Below, piece by piece: positions 16,816-26,799 of a DNA stretch of 64,000 nt; the first letter of the stretch is position 1; each line of letters opens with the position of its first letter. The notes under the pieces are model-generated. The model was given only the letters and a program-made list of their open reading frames with translations, was not told the origin of the DNA and made no database searches. The position numbers and the translations under genes are program-made. Source of the DNA: an uncultured Gammaproteobacteria bacterium (GTDB taxonomy: Bacteria > Patescibacteriota > Microgenomatia > UBA8517); the NCBI GenBank assembly GCA_965231135.1, contig OZ246419.1, positions 184,754 through 248,753 on the forward strand, in the 5' to 3' direction.

Positions 16816-19128
16816 ATGATAGAAAAGTCCATTGATCTTGGCGGACGAAAACTTACACTTCAAACAGGAAAAATAGCTGGACAAGCTGATGGAGCAGTTC
16901 TAGCTACATACGGCGAAACAGTAGTGCTTGCGACTGTAGTATCTGCAACCCCAAAAATGGTTGTAGACTTTTTACCTCTAACAGTTGATTATCAGGAAAA
17001 ACTTTATGCTGGAGGAAGGATAAAAGGAAGCAGATGGGTAAAACGAGACGGAAAACCATCTGATGAAGAGATTTTAACTTCAAGAGTAATTGATCGTAGC
17101 ATTAGACCTTTGTTTCCAAAAGAATACCGCAATGAAGTACAGGTTATTGTTACAGTTTTATCAGTAGATAAAGAAAATGATCCAAAAATTGTTGGAGCTA
17201 CTGCAGTTTCTGCAGCACTTGCGATGAGCACTGTTCCTTGGATGGGGCCAGTTGCTCCAATCTGCGTAGGACTTAAAGATGGACAATACATTTTGAATCC
17301 AACAGATTCTCAAATGCAAGAATCAAGTCTTGATCTTGTAGTTTCTGCAACTGACAAAGCAGTTGTAATGGTTGAAGCAGGCGCCGCAGAAGTAAGCGAG
17401 GAAGAAGTACAAAAAGGAATTGCTTTTGCACAGGATGAAGGACAAGTTTTAATAAAATTGATAAATGAATTTGCAAAAGAAGTAGGGAAGACAAAACAAG
17501 TTGTAGTTGAACATAAATACGATAAAACAATTGAAGAGAAAGTTAAAAAGGCAATTGGAAACAAATTTGATGAAATTATTCCTGAAATGGCCACAAAAGA
17601 AATGGCTGGGGGGATGTTTTTTGAACTTAAGAATGCAATAATTGATTCTTTTGAAAAAGATAGCGAAAAAATAGAAGCTGCTGAAGTTTATGAAAAATTA
17701 TTTAAGAAAGCAGTACGAGAAATTTTACTTTCTGGAAAGCGACCAGACGGACGAAGCCACACAGAAATAAGACCAATTTGGATTGAAGTTGGCGTACTTC
17801 CACGAACACACGGATCTGCAATATTTACAAGAGGACAAACACAGGTCCTGTCGATTGCAACTCTTGGAACAAGCCAAGTATCACAACTGCTTGAAACAGC
17901 AGAAGGAGAAGAAGAGAAAAATTACATGCATTACTACACAATGGCTCCTTTTACAACTGGAGAGACCGGAAAAGTAGGATCTCCAAACAGACGCGAAATT
18001 GGACATGGGGCACTTGCAGAGCGAGCATTGCAACCAGTTGTTCCTTCTATGAAAGATTTTCCATATACAATTCAAGTAAATTCTGAAGTCATGAGCTCAA
18101 ATGGTTCAACTTCCATGGCAAGCACCTGCGGAAGCACACTTGCTTTGATGGATGCCGGAGTTCCAATAAAATCTCCAGTTTCAGGAATTGCAATGGGTTT
18201 AATTGTTGAAGATGATAAAAAATATGCAGTATTAACTGACATTATTGGACTTGAAGATTTTAATGGTGACATGGATTTTAAAGTTACAGGGACTGATAAA
18301 GGAATTACTGCACTTCAGCTTGATGTAAAAACTTTACAATTAACTCCTAAAATTTTGGGAGAAGCACTTGAACAATCAAAGGCAGCAAGAAAAGAAATTA
18401 TGGATAAAATAAAAGCTGCAATTGCAGAACCAAGGCAATCAGTTTCAAAATATGCACCAAAGATAAAGACAATCAAAATTGATCCAGCAAAAATCGGCGA
18501 AGTTGTAGGCAGCGGAGGCAAAACAATTAAGAAAATAGTTGCAGAAACTGGAGCTGATGTAAAAGTGGAAGATGATGGAAGCGTAAATATTTCTGCAATT
18601 GACAGTGAGGCAATGCAGAAAGCAGTAGATTGGATTGAAGGACTTGTAAAAGAAGTACAACCTGGAGAAATTTATGAAGGAGAAGTAGTTCGTATTCAGC
18701 CATTTGGAGCTTTTGTACAAATACTTCCAGGCAAAGACGGCATGGTTCATGTATCTGATATGAGCGAGAATCCAGAAGAATTTGTCGACAATGCTGAAAG
18801 CAAAGTAAAAGTAGGAGATAAAGTAAAGGTGAGAGTAAAAGAAGTTGATCAAATGGGCAGAATTAATCTTTCAATGAGAATGGATCCATCGACTGATAAA
18901 CAAAAATCTGACCGCAACGGCGGAGATCGAGGAGGACGTGGAGGCTTCAGAGGAGGAGACAGACGGGGCGGTTTTGGCAGACGAGATGATCGAGGGCCAA
19001 GAAGAAGTTTTGGCGGACAGAGGAGAGATTTTCACAGAAACGATAGAGGATTTTCACGAGGAAGAAATGATGGGGAACAAGGCGGACCTCATTTTCCAGC
19101 TAGCAGATTTGTTGAAGAAAACAAATAA
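16816..19128 (+). CDS. pnp: polyribonucleotide nucleotidyltransferase (PNPase) with a C-terminal RGG-rich tail
   Basis: Two RNase PH domains plus KH and S1 domains. The start is taken at MIEKSIDLGGRKLTLQTGK, which aligns with E. coli PNPase residue 1; the track ORF extends to 16774. The last roughly 75 aa are Arg/Gly-rich. Confidence 0.9.
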   Translation: MIEKSIDLGGRKLTLQTGKIAGQADGAVLATYGETVVLATVVSATPKMVVDFLPLTVDYQEKLYAGGRIKGSRWVKRDGKPSDEEILTSRVIDRSIRPLFPKEYRNEVQVIVTVLSVDKENDPKIVGATAVSAALAMSTVPWMGPVAPICVGLKDGQYILNPTDSQMQESSLDLVVSATDKAVVMVEAGAAEVSEEEVQKGIAFAQDEGQVLIKLINEFAKEVGKTKQVVVEHKYDKTIEEKVKKAIGNKFDEIIPEMATKEMAGGMFFELKNAIIDSFEKDSEKIEAAEVYEKLFKKAVREILLSGKRPDGRSHTEIRPIWIEVGVLPRTHGSAIFTRGQTQVLSIATLGTSQVSQLLETAEGEEEKNYMHYYTMAPFTTGETGKVGSPNRREIGHGALAERALQPVVPSMKDFPYTIQVNSEVMSSNGSTSMASTCGSTLALMDAGVPIKSPVSGIAMGLIVEDDKKYAVLTDIIGLEDFNGDMDFKVTGTDKGITALQLDVKTLQLTPKILGEALEQSKAARKEIMDKIKAAIAEPRQSVSKYAPKIKTIKIDPAKIGEVVGSGGKTIKKIVAETGADVKVEDDGSVNISAIDSEAMQKAVDWIEGLVKEVQPGEIYEGEVVRIQPFGAFVQILPGKDGMVHVSDMSENPEEFVDNAESKVKVGDKVKVRVKEVDQMGRINLSMRMDPSTDKQKSDRNGGDRGGRGGFRGGDRRGGFGRRDDRGPRRSFGGQRRDFHRNDRGFSRGRNDGEQGGPHFPASRFVEENK

Positions 19129-19139
19129 GCAGAGCTTGT
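19125..19139 (+). repeat. stop-embedded motif ATAAGCAGAGCTTGT at the pnp 3' end
   Basis: The same 17-nt AAATAAGCAGAGCTTGT as at the rpsO stop. The pnp TAA lies inside it. Confidence 0.5.
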
Positions 19140-19224
19140 GCCTTCGGCATAATACTTCAGAAGATTTGCATAAATTTTTGTAAAAAATTATTCAGCCTTA
19201 AAAATTTATTACCACTTCCCTATT

Positions 19225-19980
19225 TTATTTATTATTCAAAGGAGCAACTAATGGTTTAACGCGGGAGTAAGCTTGAAGAAGAAGCCATCTATCAATTTCA
19301 ATTCCTGGAATTAAGGAAAGTCTGTAACCACGGCCTTCTTTGAAGTTTTCAAGTCCTTGTAGGTTTTCAAAAGAACGCACGATTCTTGCACCCTGGGTTA
19401 GTCCAATTATTATGGTAGGATATATAGGGTAAGCTTCGCCGGCTATTATACTTCCAAAACATAATACAATTTGAAATCCATCCAGTTTGTCAGTTAGAGT
19501 GGTCTTACTAAGAAGTAAGTGTTCAGTGCCTTGTTTTCTAATTGCCTGTTTTATAGCTAAATTAATTTGATTAGACCATTCTGAGGAATTTTTGGTTGCT
19601 AAACCTTTGTCGTTTATTCTTTGTCTTATTTCACTTGTGTTTAAGTTAACTTGTAACTCTGGCCATGAGTAATGTTTACTATTTCCCTTTATATGTTTAT
19701 CTGGATTCAATTCATTTGATTGTATTGCAACTTCGTTTACTTTAGTTGCACCCATAATTGCAGAGTTTCCAGATCTGCCTATAATTTGAGCTTCGACAGA
19801 AGATACGTCACCATTATTTTTACTTACTATTTTTAAATGTCGGAATCCTGCTAAATGTATTAATTGTGTTGCATAAGTTGTGTCTATGCCGATTGAATCT
19901 TCTTGACCGTAAGGAAGCTGAACTTCAGTTCTGACACGGGAACTTTGGGCATTACCTATTGATTGTATTCTTTCTCCCAC
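19225..19980 (-). CDS. hypothetical protein
   Basis: 251-aa ORF convergent with pnp. No recognisable motif. Confidence 0.35.
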   Translation of the reverse strand: MGERIQSIGNAQSSRVRTEVQLPYGQEDSIGIDTTYATQLIHLAGFRHLKIVSKNNGDVSSVEAQIIGRSGNSAIMGATKVNEVAIQSNELNPDKHIKGNSKHYSWPELQVNLNTSEIRQRINDKGLATKNSSEWSNQINLAIKQAIRKQGTEHLLLSKTTLTDKLDGFQIVLCFGSIIAGEAYPIYPTIIIGLTQGARIVRSFENLQGLENFKEGRGYRLSLIPGIEIDRWLLLQAYSRVKPLVAPLNNK

Positions 19981-20038
19981 AGATGAGATTATAAGTTAAT
20001 TATAAAGTTTTATCAATTATGGTAAGCTTAGTTGGAAT

Positions 20039-21079
20039 ATGGCTCTCAATAATTCTGATTTAAATAATTTAGAAGATAAAATAAATAAAACATATTTACC
20101 TGAAGAACTGAGATCTCAAGTAAATGTGAAACTTAATCAACTTGATAAACTTAGTGGAACTGATGCATTTTTAACTGAAGTAGACAGATTAACCAGTTAT
20201 GTTGATTGGATCACTTCCCTACCTTGGCAAAATCGTACGAAAGATATTTTAGATTTAGATTATGCAAAGAAAGTTTTAGATTCACATCATTATGGCCTTG
20301 GAGAAATTAAAGACAGAATTTTTGAATATTTGTCTGTAATGAAACTAAAAGGAGCCGATACGAAAGATATAGCGAGAGCTCCAATTCTTTGCTTTGTGGG
20401 ACTTGTTGGAACTGGAAAAACGACAATTGCTTTAAGCATTGCTGAAGCTATGGGACGAAAGTTTGCAAGAATTCCCTTTGGAGGAATGGGAGATCCGCTT
20501 GATCTTCGCGGACAATCAAGACTTCATCCTGAAGCAGAACCGGGAAAAATTATAAAAGCACTTCGCACTTGCGGCAGTAAGAATCCTGTAATACTTCTTG
20601 ATGAAATTGATCGTGTAACTGCTGAGGGACGTTCATCGATCATGGGAGTTTTGGTTGAACTTCTTGATCCTGGACAAAATAGTGCATTTGTTGATCATTA
20701 CATAGATTTCCCATTTGATTTGTCTGAAGTGCTTTTTATTGCAACAGCAAATAATACAACAAATATTGCGACAGCAGTATTGGATCGCCTTGAGCCATTA
20801 CAAATGCCAAGTTATACAGATCAGGAAAAAATTATGATTGCAAGGCAATATGTCCTTCCGCATAAAATGAAAGAAGCAGGATTAACTGATCAACAGCTTT
20901 CGTTTGATGAAAATGTTTGGCCGCAAATTGTAAGACCACTTGGCTATGACGGCGGAATTCGTACACTTGAGAGAACAATTGATGGAGTTGTCCGTAAAGT
21001 TGCGAGAGAAATTGTGGAAGGAAAGTCGCAAAGCGTCACGATCTCCCCTACTAATGCCAAGAATTATTTACCACAATGA
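20039..21079 (+). CDS. Lon-family AAA+ ATPase module with no proteolytic domain
   Basis: The sequence YVDWITSLPW...HYGLGEIKDRIFEYLSV, the Walker A motif GLVGTGKTT, the Walker B motif ILLDEIDR and the sensor motif FIATANN align with the LonA ATPase region. The ORF ends before the Ser-Lys protease domain. Confidence 0.8.
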   Translation: MALNNSDLNNLEDKINKTYLPEELRSQVNVKLNQLDKLSGTDAFLTEVDRLTSYVDWITSLPWQNRTKDILDLDYAKKVLDSHHYGLGEIKDRIFEYLSVMKLKGADTKDIARAPILCFVGLVGTGKTTIALSIAEAMGRKFARIPFGGMGDPLDLRGQSRLHPEAEPGKIIKALRTCGSKNPVILLDEIDRVTAEGRSSIMGVLVELLDPGQNSAFVDHYIDFPFDLSEVLFIATANNTTNIATAVLDRLEPLQMPSYTDQEKIMIARQYVLPHKMKEAGLTDQQLSFDENVWPQIVRPLGYDGGIRTLERTIDGVVRKVAREIVEGKSQSVTISPTNAKNYLPQ

Positions 21080-21678
21080 GTAAAAGAGAAGAACTTACTA
21101 AACTTCGAGAGGAAATGCTTAAGGATGATCTGCTTCCACTTAAAAATGGCGCGACGAATCTGGTTTTTGGAAACGGCACACCAAACAGCAAAATACTTTT
21201 TATTGGCGAGGGGCCAGGGTTTAATGAAGATCAACAAGGATTGCCGTTTGTGGGAGCGGCAGGAAAATTACTTGATAAAACTTTGGAATCTATAGGACTA
21301 CATAGAAAAGATGTCTTTGTAACAAATGTGGTGCATCACCGGCCGCCGGAAAATCGCGATCCTCTTCCTGAAGAGCTTGGTGCTTATGGAAAATATTTAG
21401 ATAAAATTATTGAAATAATAAAACCAAAGGTGATTGTGACTTTGGGAAGATTTAGTATGGGGAAATTTTTGTCTGAAGTAAAAATCAGCACTGTTCATGG
21501 AAAAGAAAAAAGAATAAAATGGCATAACTTGAATTTAGTTGTGGTGCCGATGTATCATCCTGCAGCAGCACTTCGAAACGGAAATATGATGACAAGCTTT
21601 AAAGAAGATTTTTTGAAATTACCAAAAATTATTGAAGAGAATACAAAAGAAGAAATGAAACAAGATAGTTTAATATGA
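21076..21678 (+). CDS. family-4 uracil-DNA glycosylase
   Basis: Motif A is GEGPG...PFVGAAG and motif B is HPAAALRNG. An ATGA overlap couples it to the Lon-like gene. Confidence 0.8.
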   Translation: MSKREELTKLREEMLKDDLLPLKNGATNLVFGNGTPNSKILFIGEGPGFNEDQQGLPFVGAAGKLLDKTLESIGLHRKDVFVTNVVHHRPPENRDPLPEELGAYGKYLDKIIEIIKPKVIVTLGRFSMGKFLSEVKISTVHGKEKRIKWHNLNLVVVPMYHPAAALRNGNMMTSFKEDFLKLPKIIEENTKEEMKQDSLI

Positions 21679-23351
21679 GTCTTAAATTTATACCAATATC
21701 TGGAACAACTGGAGTTACTGAGAACTGCTATGTCTATGAGTCAGGTGACTCAATGATTGTAGTTGACTGCGGAGTTGGTTTTCCAGAACCTGAAATGTAC
21801 GGAGTTGATTTAATTATTCCGGACTTTACTTATATAAAAGAAAATAAAAATAAATTGAAGGGAATTTTTATTACTCATGGGCATGAAGATCATATTGGTG
21901 CTCTCCCCTTTTTACTTAAAGATGTTCAAGCTCCGATTTATGCAACTAAGTTAGTGGCAGCTTTTATTCAAGATAAATTTGAGGACTATGAAACTGCCGC
22001 TCCTAAAGTCACAATAATTGATCCGGAGAAAGATGTGATTGCGGCAGGGCCTTTTAAAGTAAGCAGTTTTAGAATTTCACACAGCGTTCCGGACGGCGTT
22101 GGTTTTTGTATAGAAACTCCCGAAGGAAAAGCTTTCCATGTACCGGATTATAAATTTGACTGGACCCCAGTTGACGGAAGACCTTTTGATGTACAACGAG
22201 CTGCTATTTTGGCTGCGGGAGGAAATACTTTAATGCTTGCATCTGATGCACTTGGAGCGACGAGCCCGGGCCATACTGAAAGCGAAGCTTCGCTTGAGGG
22301 GAAAATTTACAATATTGCTGAGAAAGCAAAAGGGCAAATATTTTTTACAACTATTTCTTCAAACATATCGCGCATGCAGCAAGCAATTAATGTGGCACAA
22401 AAACTAAACCGTAAAGTTGTTTTTGTGGGACGTTCGATAGATCGAAAAGCAAATATTGCGAAGAACTTAGGGTTTTTGAGTTATCCAAATGGTTTAGTTA
22501 TAAGTGCCAAGCAGGCAGGAAAGCTAAATGATAAGCGGAGCTTGTCACTTCGTGATAATCAAATAATGTACATAATATCAGGAAGTTATGGGCAGCCAGG
22601 AAGTGCACTTTATCGTGTTGCTTTAAATGAGCATGAATTTTTAAGTATTGCTAAAGATGATGTGGTGATATTTTCTTCAGATCCTGCGCCGCCAGGGAGC
22701 AAAACAAATGTTGATTTTGTAGTAGATCATATTATCGAAGACGGAGCTGATGTGCATTATTATGATTTACAGGAAGATCTTCATGTATCAGGACACGGGT
22801 GTATTGAGGATATTAAATTTTTATTTGGAATAATTAAACCAAAATATTTTGTGCCAATTGGAGGAACGATAAGACATAACAGAGAATATGCTCGAATAGC
22901 TGAAGATATGGGAAATGATATTCGTAATGTATTTCAATTAAAAGAAGGAGATGTTTTAGAATTTATAAACAAAAATGCACAAATTAATGGACATATTCCT
23001 GTAAAAAGCGTTTTAGTTGACGGACTTGGAGTTGGCGATGTTGGAAATGTAGTACTACGAGACCGCAATGTTTTAGCGAGAGAAGGAGTTGCAATTGCGA
23101 TAATACAAGTAGACTCTGCTACGCAAAAGATTGTAGATGCACCGGAAATAATTTCAAGAGGATTTGTATTCAGCGGAAAAAGTACTGGGCTACTTCAGGA
23201 AGCAGGAAAGGCTCTGATGCAGAATTTACAAAAGAAAAATCAGATGGATGGAAAGGTGGCGAAGGATGCAAGCGTTGATTTTCTTGAAAGATATTTCTTT
23301 GAGAAACTGCAGAGAAGGCCAATGATTTTACCTGTGATTGTGGAAGTATGA
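21675..23351 (+). CDS. rnj: ribonuclease J
   Basis: Metallo-beta-lactamase HGHEDHIG plus the beta-CASP domain and a C-terminal domain, 558 aa in total. Confidence 0.9.
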   Translation: MSLKFIPISGTTGVTENCYVYESGDSMIVVDCGVGFPEPEMYGVDLIIPDFTYIKENKNKLKGIFITHGHEDHIGALPFLLKDVQAPIYATKLVAAFIQDKFEDYETAAPKVTIIDPEKDVIAAGPFKVSSFRISHSVPDGVGFCIETPEGKAFHVPDYKFDWTPVDGRPFDVQRAAILAAGGNTLMLASDALGATSPGHTESEASLEGKIYNIAEKAKGQIFFTTISSNISRMQQAINVAQKLNRKVVFVGRSIDRKANIAKNLGFLSYPNGLVISAKQAGKLNDKRSLSLRDNQIMYIISGSYGQPGSALYRVALNEHEFLSIAKDDVVIFSSDPAPPGSKTNVDFVVDHIIEDGADVHYYDLQEDLHVSGHGCIEDIKFLFGIIKPKYFVPIGGTIRHNREYARIAEDMGNDIRNVFQLKEGDVLEFINKNAQINGHIPVKSVLVDGLGVGDVGNVVLRDRNVLAREGVAIAIIQVDSATQKIVDAPEIISRGFVFSGKSTGLLQEAGKALMQNLQKKNQMDGKVAKDASVDFLERYFFEKLQRRPMILPVIVEV

Positions 23352-23729
23352 AGAAATATTATTGTTTGGGTCAACGTAATCTTCAAGAAATTCTCCGTCA
23401 TCTCCTAATTTTATTTTTTCTCTACTTTTTCGTTTAGGTTTTTCAGGTTGATAGTTTAATGATTGTTTTAGTTTGTTTACTTTACTGTTTATTCTGTTTT
23501 GAATGAATAAATTTATTATTTCATAAGTGGTATTTAGTCCCCAAGTAATTACAGCAGTTTCATAGATAAATGTAGAGGTGGGAATGTGAGATTGATTGTT
23601 ATATAAAAGTGCCATAAATTCTGAGAGTTGTGTTATTCCCTGTATAATTAAAACGTTTCCTCTTGTTTTGCTTTGCTCTTGTAGTTTTCCTAATTCAACT
23701 GCTTGTTGTAGTTGTTCGTTTTCTAACAT
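23328..23729 (-). CDS. hypothetical protein
   Basis: 133-aa ORF whose 3' end overlaps rnj by 24 nt. No motif found. Confidence 0.25.
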   Translation of the reverse strand: MLENEQLQQAVELGKLQEQSKTRGNVLIIQGITQLSEFMALLYNNQSHIPTSTFIYETAVITWGLNTTYEIINLFIQNRINSKVNKLKQSLNYQPEKPKRKSREKIKLGDDGEFLEDYVDPNNNISSYFHNHR

Positions 23730-23788
23730 TTGTGAAAGGATTATAACAAATTATGATTTGAATATGTAGCTTTGTGCTAAAATGAATT

Positions 23789-25903
23789 ATGGCTCGTGAA
23801 CCCGTAAAAAAGCGCAAGGATAAGCGCGCTTATAAAATGAAAATGAAGCCTGAGACGGCTCAGAGTCTTGCCCAGATACTTTTTTTTGCACTTGCAGGAC
23901 TTGTTGTTGTTTCATTTTCTCGGGAAGGATTGATACTTGTTAAGTTAAACGACTATCTTCTACAGTTTTTTTCCTGGACTGCTATTTTTTTACCTTTTAT
24001 TTTTGTTGCTTGCGCTTTCTTTCTATCGAAATTTAAAAGGCCTTTGGGACAGCCAAATGTGATTGTAGGATTTTTGCTTTTTTTTATTTCATTAAATGCA
24101 ATTGTACAAGGAGGCCAAATTGGGGAAACTACTTTTGGATCAGTTGCTGCACTTCTTACAAATATTGGAGCATTTATAATGTATCTGGGAGTAATGATTA
24201 TTGGAATAATCATTTTATTTGATACTTCGCTTGATACAATACTTGCTTTGATTGCAAAAGGACTAATAAAGTTGAAGGGTTATATTTTGGGAGATAAAAC
24301 TCTGGCGACTATAAATTTGAAAGATAAAAGTGAATTGAAAGTCATAGGAGCCACTTCTTCTACAGAGAATCAAACACAAAAACAGAACACAGCGCCTGCT
24401 CAAAAAACTTCAGAAATGGAACAGAAAATTATTAGTAATGTTCCTGGCGAAACCAAAGTTTGGAAGTATCCTCCAAAATCTATTTTGACTCAGACTCAAG
24501 CAGGGCATGCTGACCGAGGCGATATAAAAGGCAATGCAAAAATTATTGAGCAAACACTCGAATCTTTTGGAGTGACAGCGCGCGTTGTTGAAGTAAACTT
24601 GGGACCTGCAGTTACTCAGTATGCACTTGAAGTAGCTCTTGGAACAAAACTTGCAAAAATTACAGGACTTGAGCGTGATTTGGCGAGAGCACTATCTTCT
24701 CCAACTGGAGCAATAAGAATTGAAGCGCCAATTCCCGGGCGAAACTTAGTGGGTATTGAACTTCCAAACAGAATGGCTGAATTTGTACCAATGAAGAAAA
24801 TGATGGATAGCGAGACTATGCAAAACGCTAAAAGCAAACTTGCTGTTGCTCTTGGATTTGATGTGACTGGAAAACCAATAATTGCTGATATTGGAAAAAT
24901 GCCACATGTACTTATTGCTGGACAAACAGGAAGCGGAAAATCTGTCTGTATAAATACTTTTTTGGCATCATTACTTTTTAGAGCATCACCAGCAGAACTT
25001 AAACTAATTCTTGTTGATCCGAAACGGGTTGAGCTTACTGGATATAATAATATTCCCCATTTGCTTACGCCAGTGATTGTTGAGCCGGAAAAAGTTGTTT
25101 CGGCGCTTCGTTGGCTGATGGCAGAAATGGACAGGCGATATAAACTTTTTGCTGAAGCTGGGGCGCGCAATATTGACGGATATAATGAAATGAGCGGATT
25201 TCAAGCACTTCCGTATATAGTTTTATTTATTGATGAGTTGGCTGATATTATGCTTTTTTCACCTGTAGAAGTTGAAGACTCCATAACTCGTATTGCGCAA
25301 ATGTCACGAGCTGTGGGAATCCATATGGTCCTTGCAACTCAGAGACCTTCAGTTGATGTTATTACAGGGCTTATTAAAGCAAATGTTCCAACTCGTATTG
25401 CTTTTGCTGTTTCGTCTTTAGTTGATTCAAGAGTTATTCTTGACACTCAAGGAGCTGAAAAATTATTGGGTAAAGGAGACATGCTTTATTTGCCACCGGA
25501 ATCTGCAAAGCCTGCACGTATTCAGGGAGCATTTGTTTCTGATAAAGAAATTGCAGATTTGGTGACATTTATTAAAAATGAAGGAGTGCCAACACAATAT
25601 ACTGAAGAAGTTACATCGATGTCTAAGGCTGGGCCTGGAGGAGCATCTTCTTCGGTTCCTGGAGCACCTGCTGATGCTGATGATTTATTTGCAGAGAGCG
25701 TGAGACTTATTTGCCAATATGACAAAGCTTCTGCTTCGTTACTTCAGCGAAGACTTTCAATTGGATATGCAAGAGCTGCACGTATACTTGATCAACTTGA
25801 AGCTGCTGGGGTTGTAGGACCTGCTGACGGAGCAAAACCACGCGAGGTGAAAATAAAAGATGCAGAAAGCTTTTTAAGCGGCGGACAAGCGGCTTCGGAA
25901 TAA
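23789..25903 (+). CDS. ftsK: DNA translocase FtsK/SpoIIIE
   Basis: N-terminal TM helices, a motor domain with LIAGQTGSGKS, and a C-terminal gamma winged helix (LLQRRLSIGYARAARILDQLE). Confidence 0.9.
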   Translation: MAREPVKKRKDKRAYKMKMKPETAQSLAQILFFALAGLVVVSFSREGLILVKLNDYLLQFFSWTAIFLPFIFVACAFFLSKFKRPLGQPNVIVGFLLFFISLNAIVQGGQIGETTFGSVAALLTNIGAFIMYLGVMIIGIIILFDTSLDTILALIAKGLIKLKGYILGDKTLATINLKDKSELKVIGATSSTENQTQKQNTAPAQKTSEMEQKIISNVPGETKVWKYPPKSILTQTQAGHADRGDIKGNAKIIEQTLESFGVTARVVEVNLGPAVTQYALEVALGTKLAKITGLERDLARALSSPTGAIRIEAPIPGRNLVGIELPNRMAEFVPMKKMMDSETMQNAKSKLAVALGFDVTGKPIIADIGKMPHVLIAGQTGSGKSVCINTFLASLLFRASPAELKLILVDPKRVELTGYNNIPHLLTPVIVEPEKVVSALRWLMAEMDRRYKLFAEAGARNIDGYNEMSGFQALPYIVLFIDELADIMLFSPVEVEDSITRIAQMSRAVGIHMVLATQRPSVDVITGLIKANVPTRIAFAVSSLVDSRVILDTQGAEKLLGKGDMLYLPPESAKPARIQGAFVSDKEIADLVTFIKNEGVPTQYTEEVTSMSKAGPGGASSSVPGAPADADDLFAESVRLICQYDKASASLLQRRLSIGYARAARILDQLEAAGVVGPADGAKPREVKIKDAESFLSGGQAASE

Positions 25904-25916
25904 CTTCTGAGACATC

Positions 25917-26555
25917 ATGAAAACTATTGGAGATTTAATAAAACAGGCACGTTATAAAGAAAATCTATCTCGAAGCGATTTGGGAGAGATGACTCATATA
26001 CGTACTGAATTTATTGCTGCAATTGAAGAAGCAAACTGGGAGAAATTGCCGCCATTTAGTATTACAAATGGATTTGTAAAATCAATTGCGCATTTTTTGG
26101 ATATTGATGAGAATCAAGCAGTTTCAATTTTTCGCCGTAGCTATCCCCCATCTTTGATAAAAATAGTTGATAAGCCAAAAAATTTTAAAGAAGTAAGACG
26201 GAGATTTAGCTGGGGTCCGCGTATGACTTTTATTGTTGGAGTTTTAATTATTATTTTAATTGTTGTCGGATACCTTGGATTTCAATATAGGAAATTTAAT
26301 AGTTCACCAAATTTAATAGTAAACAATCCGACACAAAATGAAATAATTAACCAACCTGAAGTGAATGTAAATGGAAAGACAGATCCTGATGCAACTGTCA
26401 TTATTAATGGGCAAAGCGTAATAGTGAATGATGACGGAAGCTTTGCGGCACAAGTTGATGTTGCAACTGACACAAAAGAAATTGATATTACGGCAAAATC
26501 TAGGGCTGGAAAAGTGAGCACTGTCGCGCGTACAATTAAGGTCCTGTTACAATAA
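25917..26555 (+). CDS. RodZ-like membrane protein with a helix-turn-helix
   Basis: XRE-type HTH (IGDLIKQARYKENLSRSDLGEMTHIRTEFIAAIEE), then one TM helix and an extracytoplasmic domain. Confidence 0.55.
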   Translation: MKTIGDLIKQARYKENLSRSDLGEMTHIRTEFIAAIEEANWEKLPPFSITNGFVKSIAHFLDIDENQAVSIFRRSYPPSLIKIVDKPKNFKEVRRRFSWGPRMTFIVGVLIIILIVVGYLGFQYRKFNSSPNLIVNNPTQNEIINQPEVNVNGKTDPDATVIINGQSVIVNDDGSFAAQVDVATDTKEIDITAKSRAGKVSTVARTIKVLLQ

Positions 26556-26559
26556 GATT

Positions 26560-26799
26560 ATGAGTGGAGTAGAAACTTTATTAACAATTGTCGTTGTAGC
26601 TTTAGCGATACTTTTTATTTTTGTGGGAGTTCAAGTGACTTTAGTCATACTTGATTTAAGACGCACGATAAGAAGATTAAATAGTTTACTTGAAGATGCA
26701 ATTTTGGGTGGAGGATTAATAAGACCTGATAAATTAACTGGAGTGTTGGAGTTTTTTAGAAAGAAAAGGGAAACAGGCAGCCACGGACAGCAAATTTAA
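26560..26799 (+). CDS. hypothetical small membrane protein
   Basis: 79 aa with one TM helix. Confidence 0.3.
   Translation: MSGVETLLTIVVVALAILFIFVGVQVTLVILDLRRTIRRLNSLLEDAILGGGLIRPDKLTGVLEFFRKKRETGSHGQQI

Noticed and set aside
19129-19160. Small hairpin gtgcc-ttcg-ggcat after the pnp stop, read as a terminator
   Set aside because: It has only a 4 to 5 bp stem and no U-tract. It is not convincing as an intrinsic terminator.
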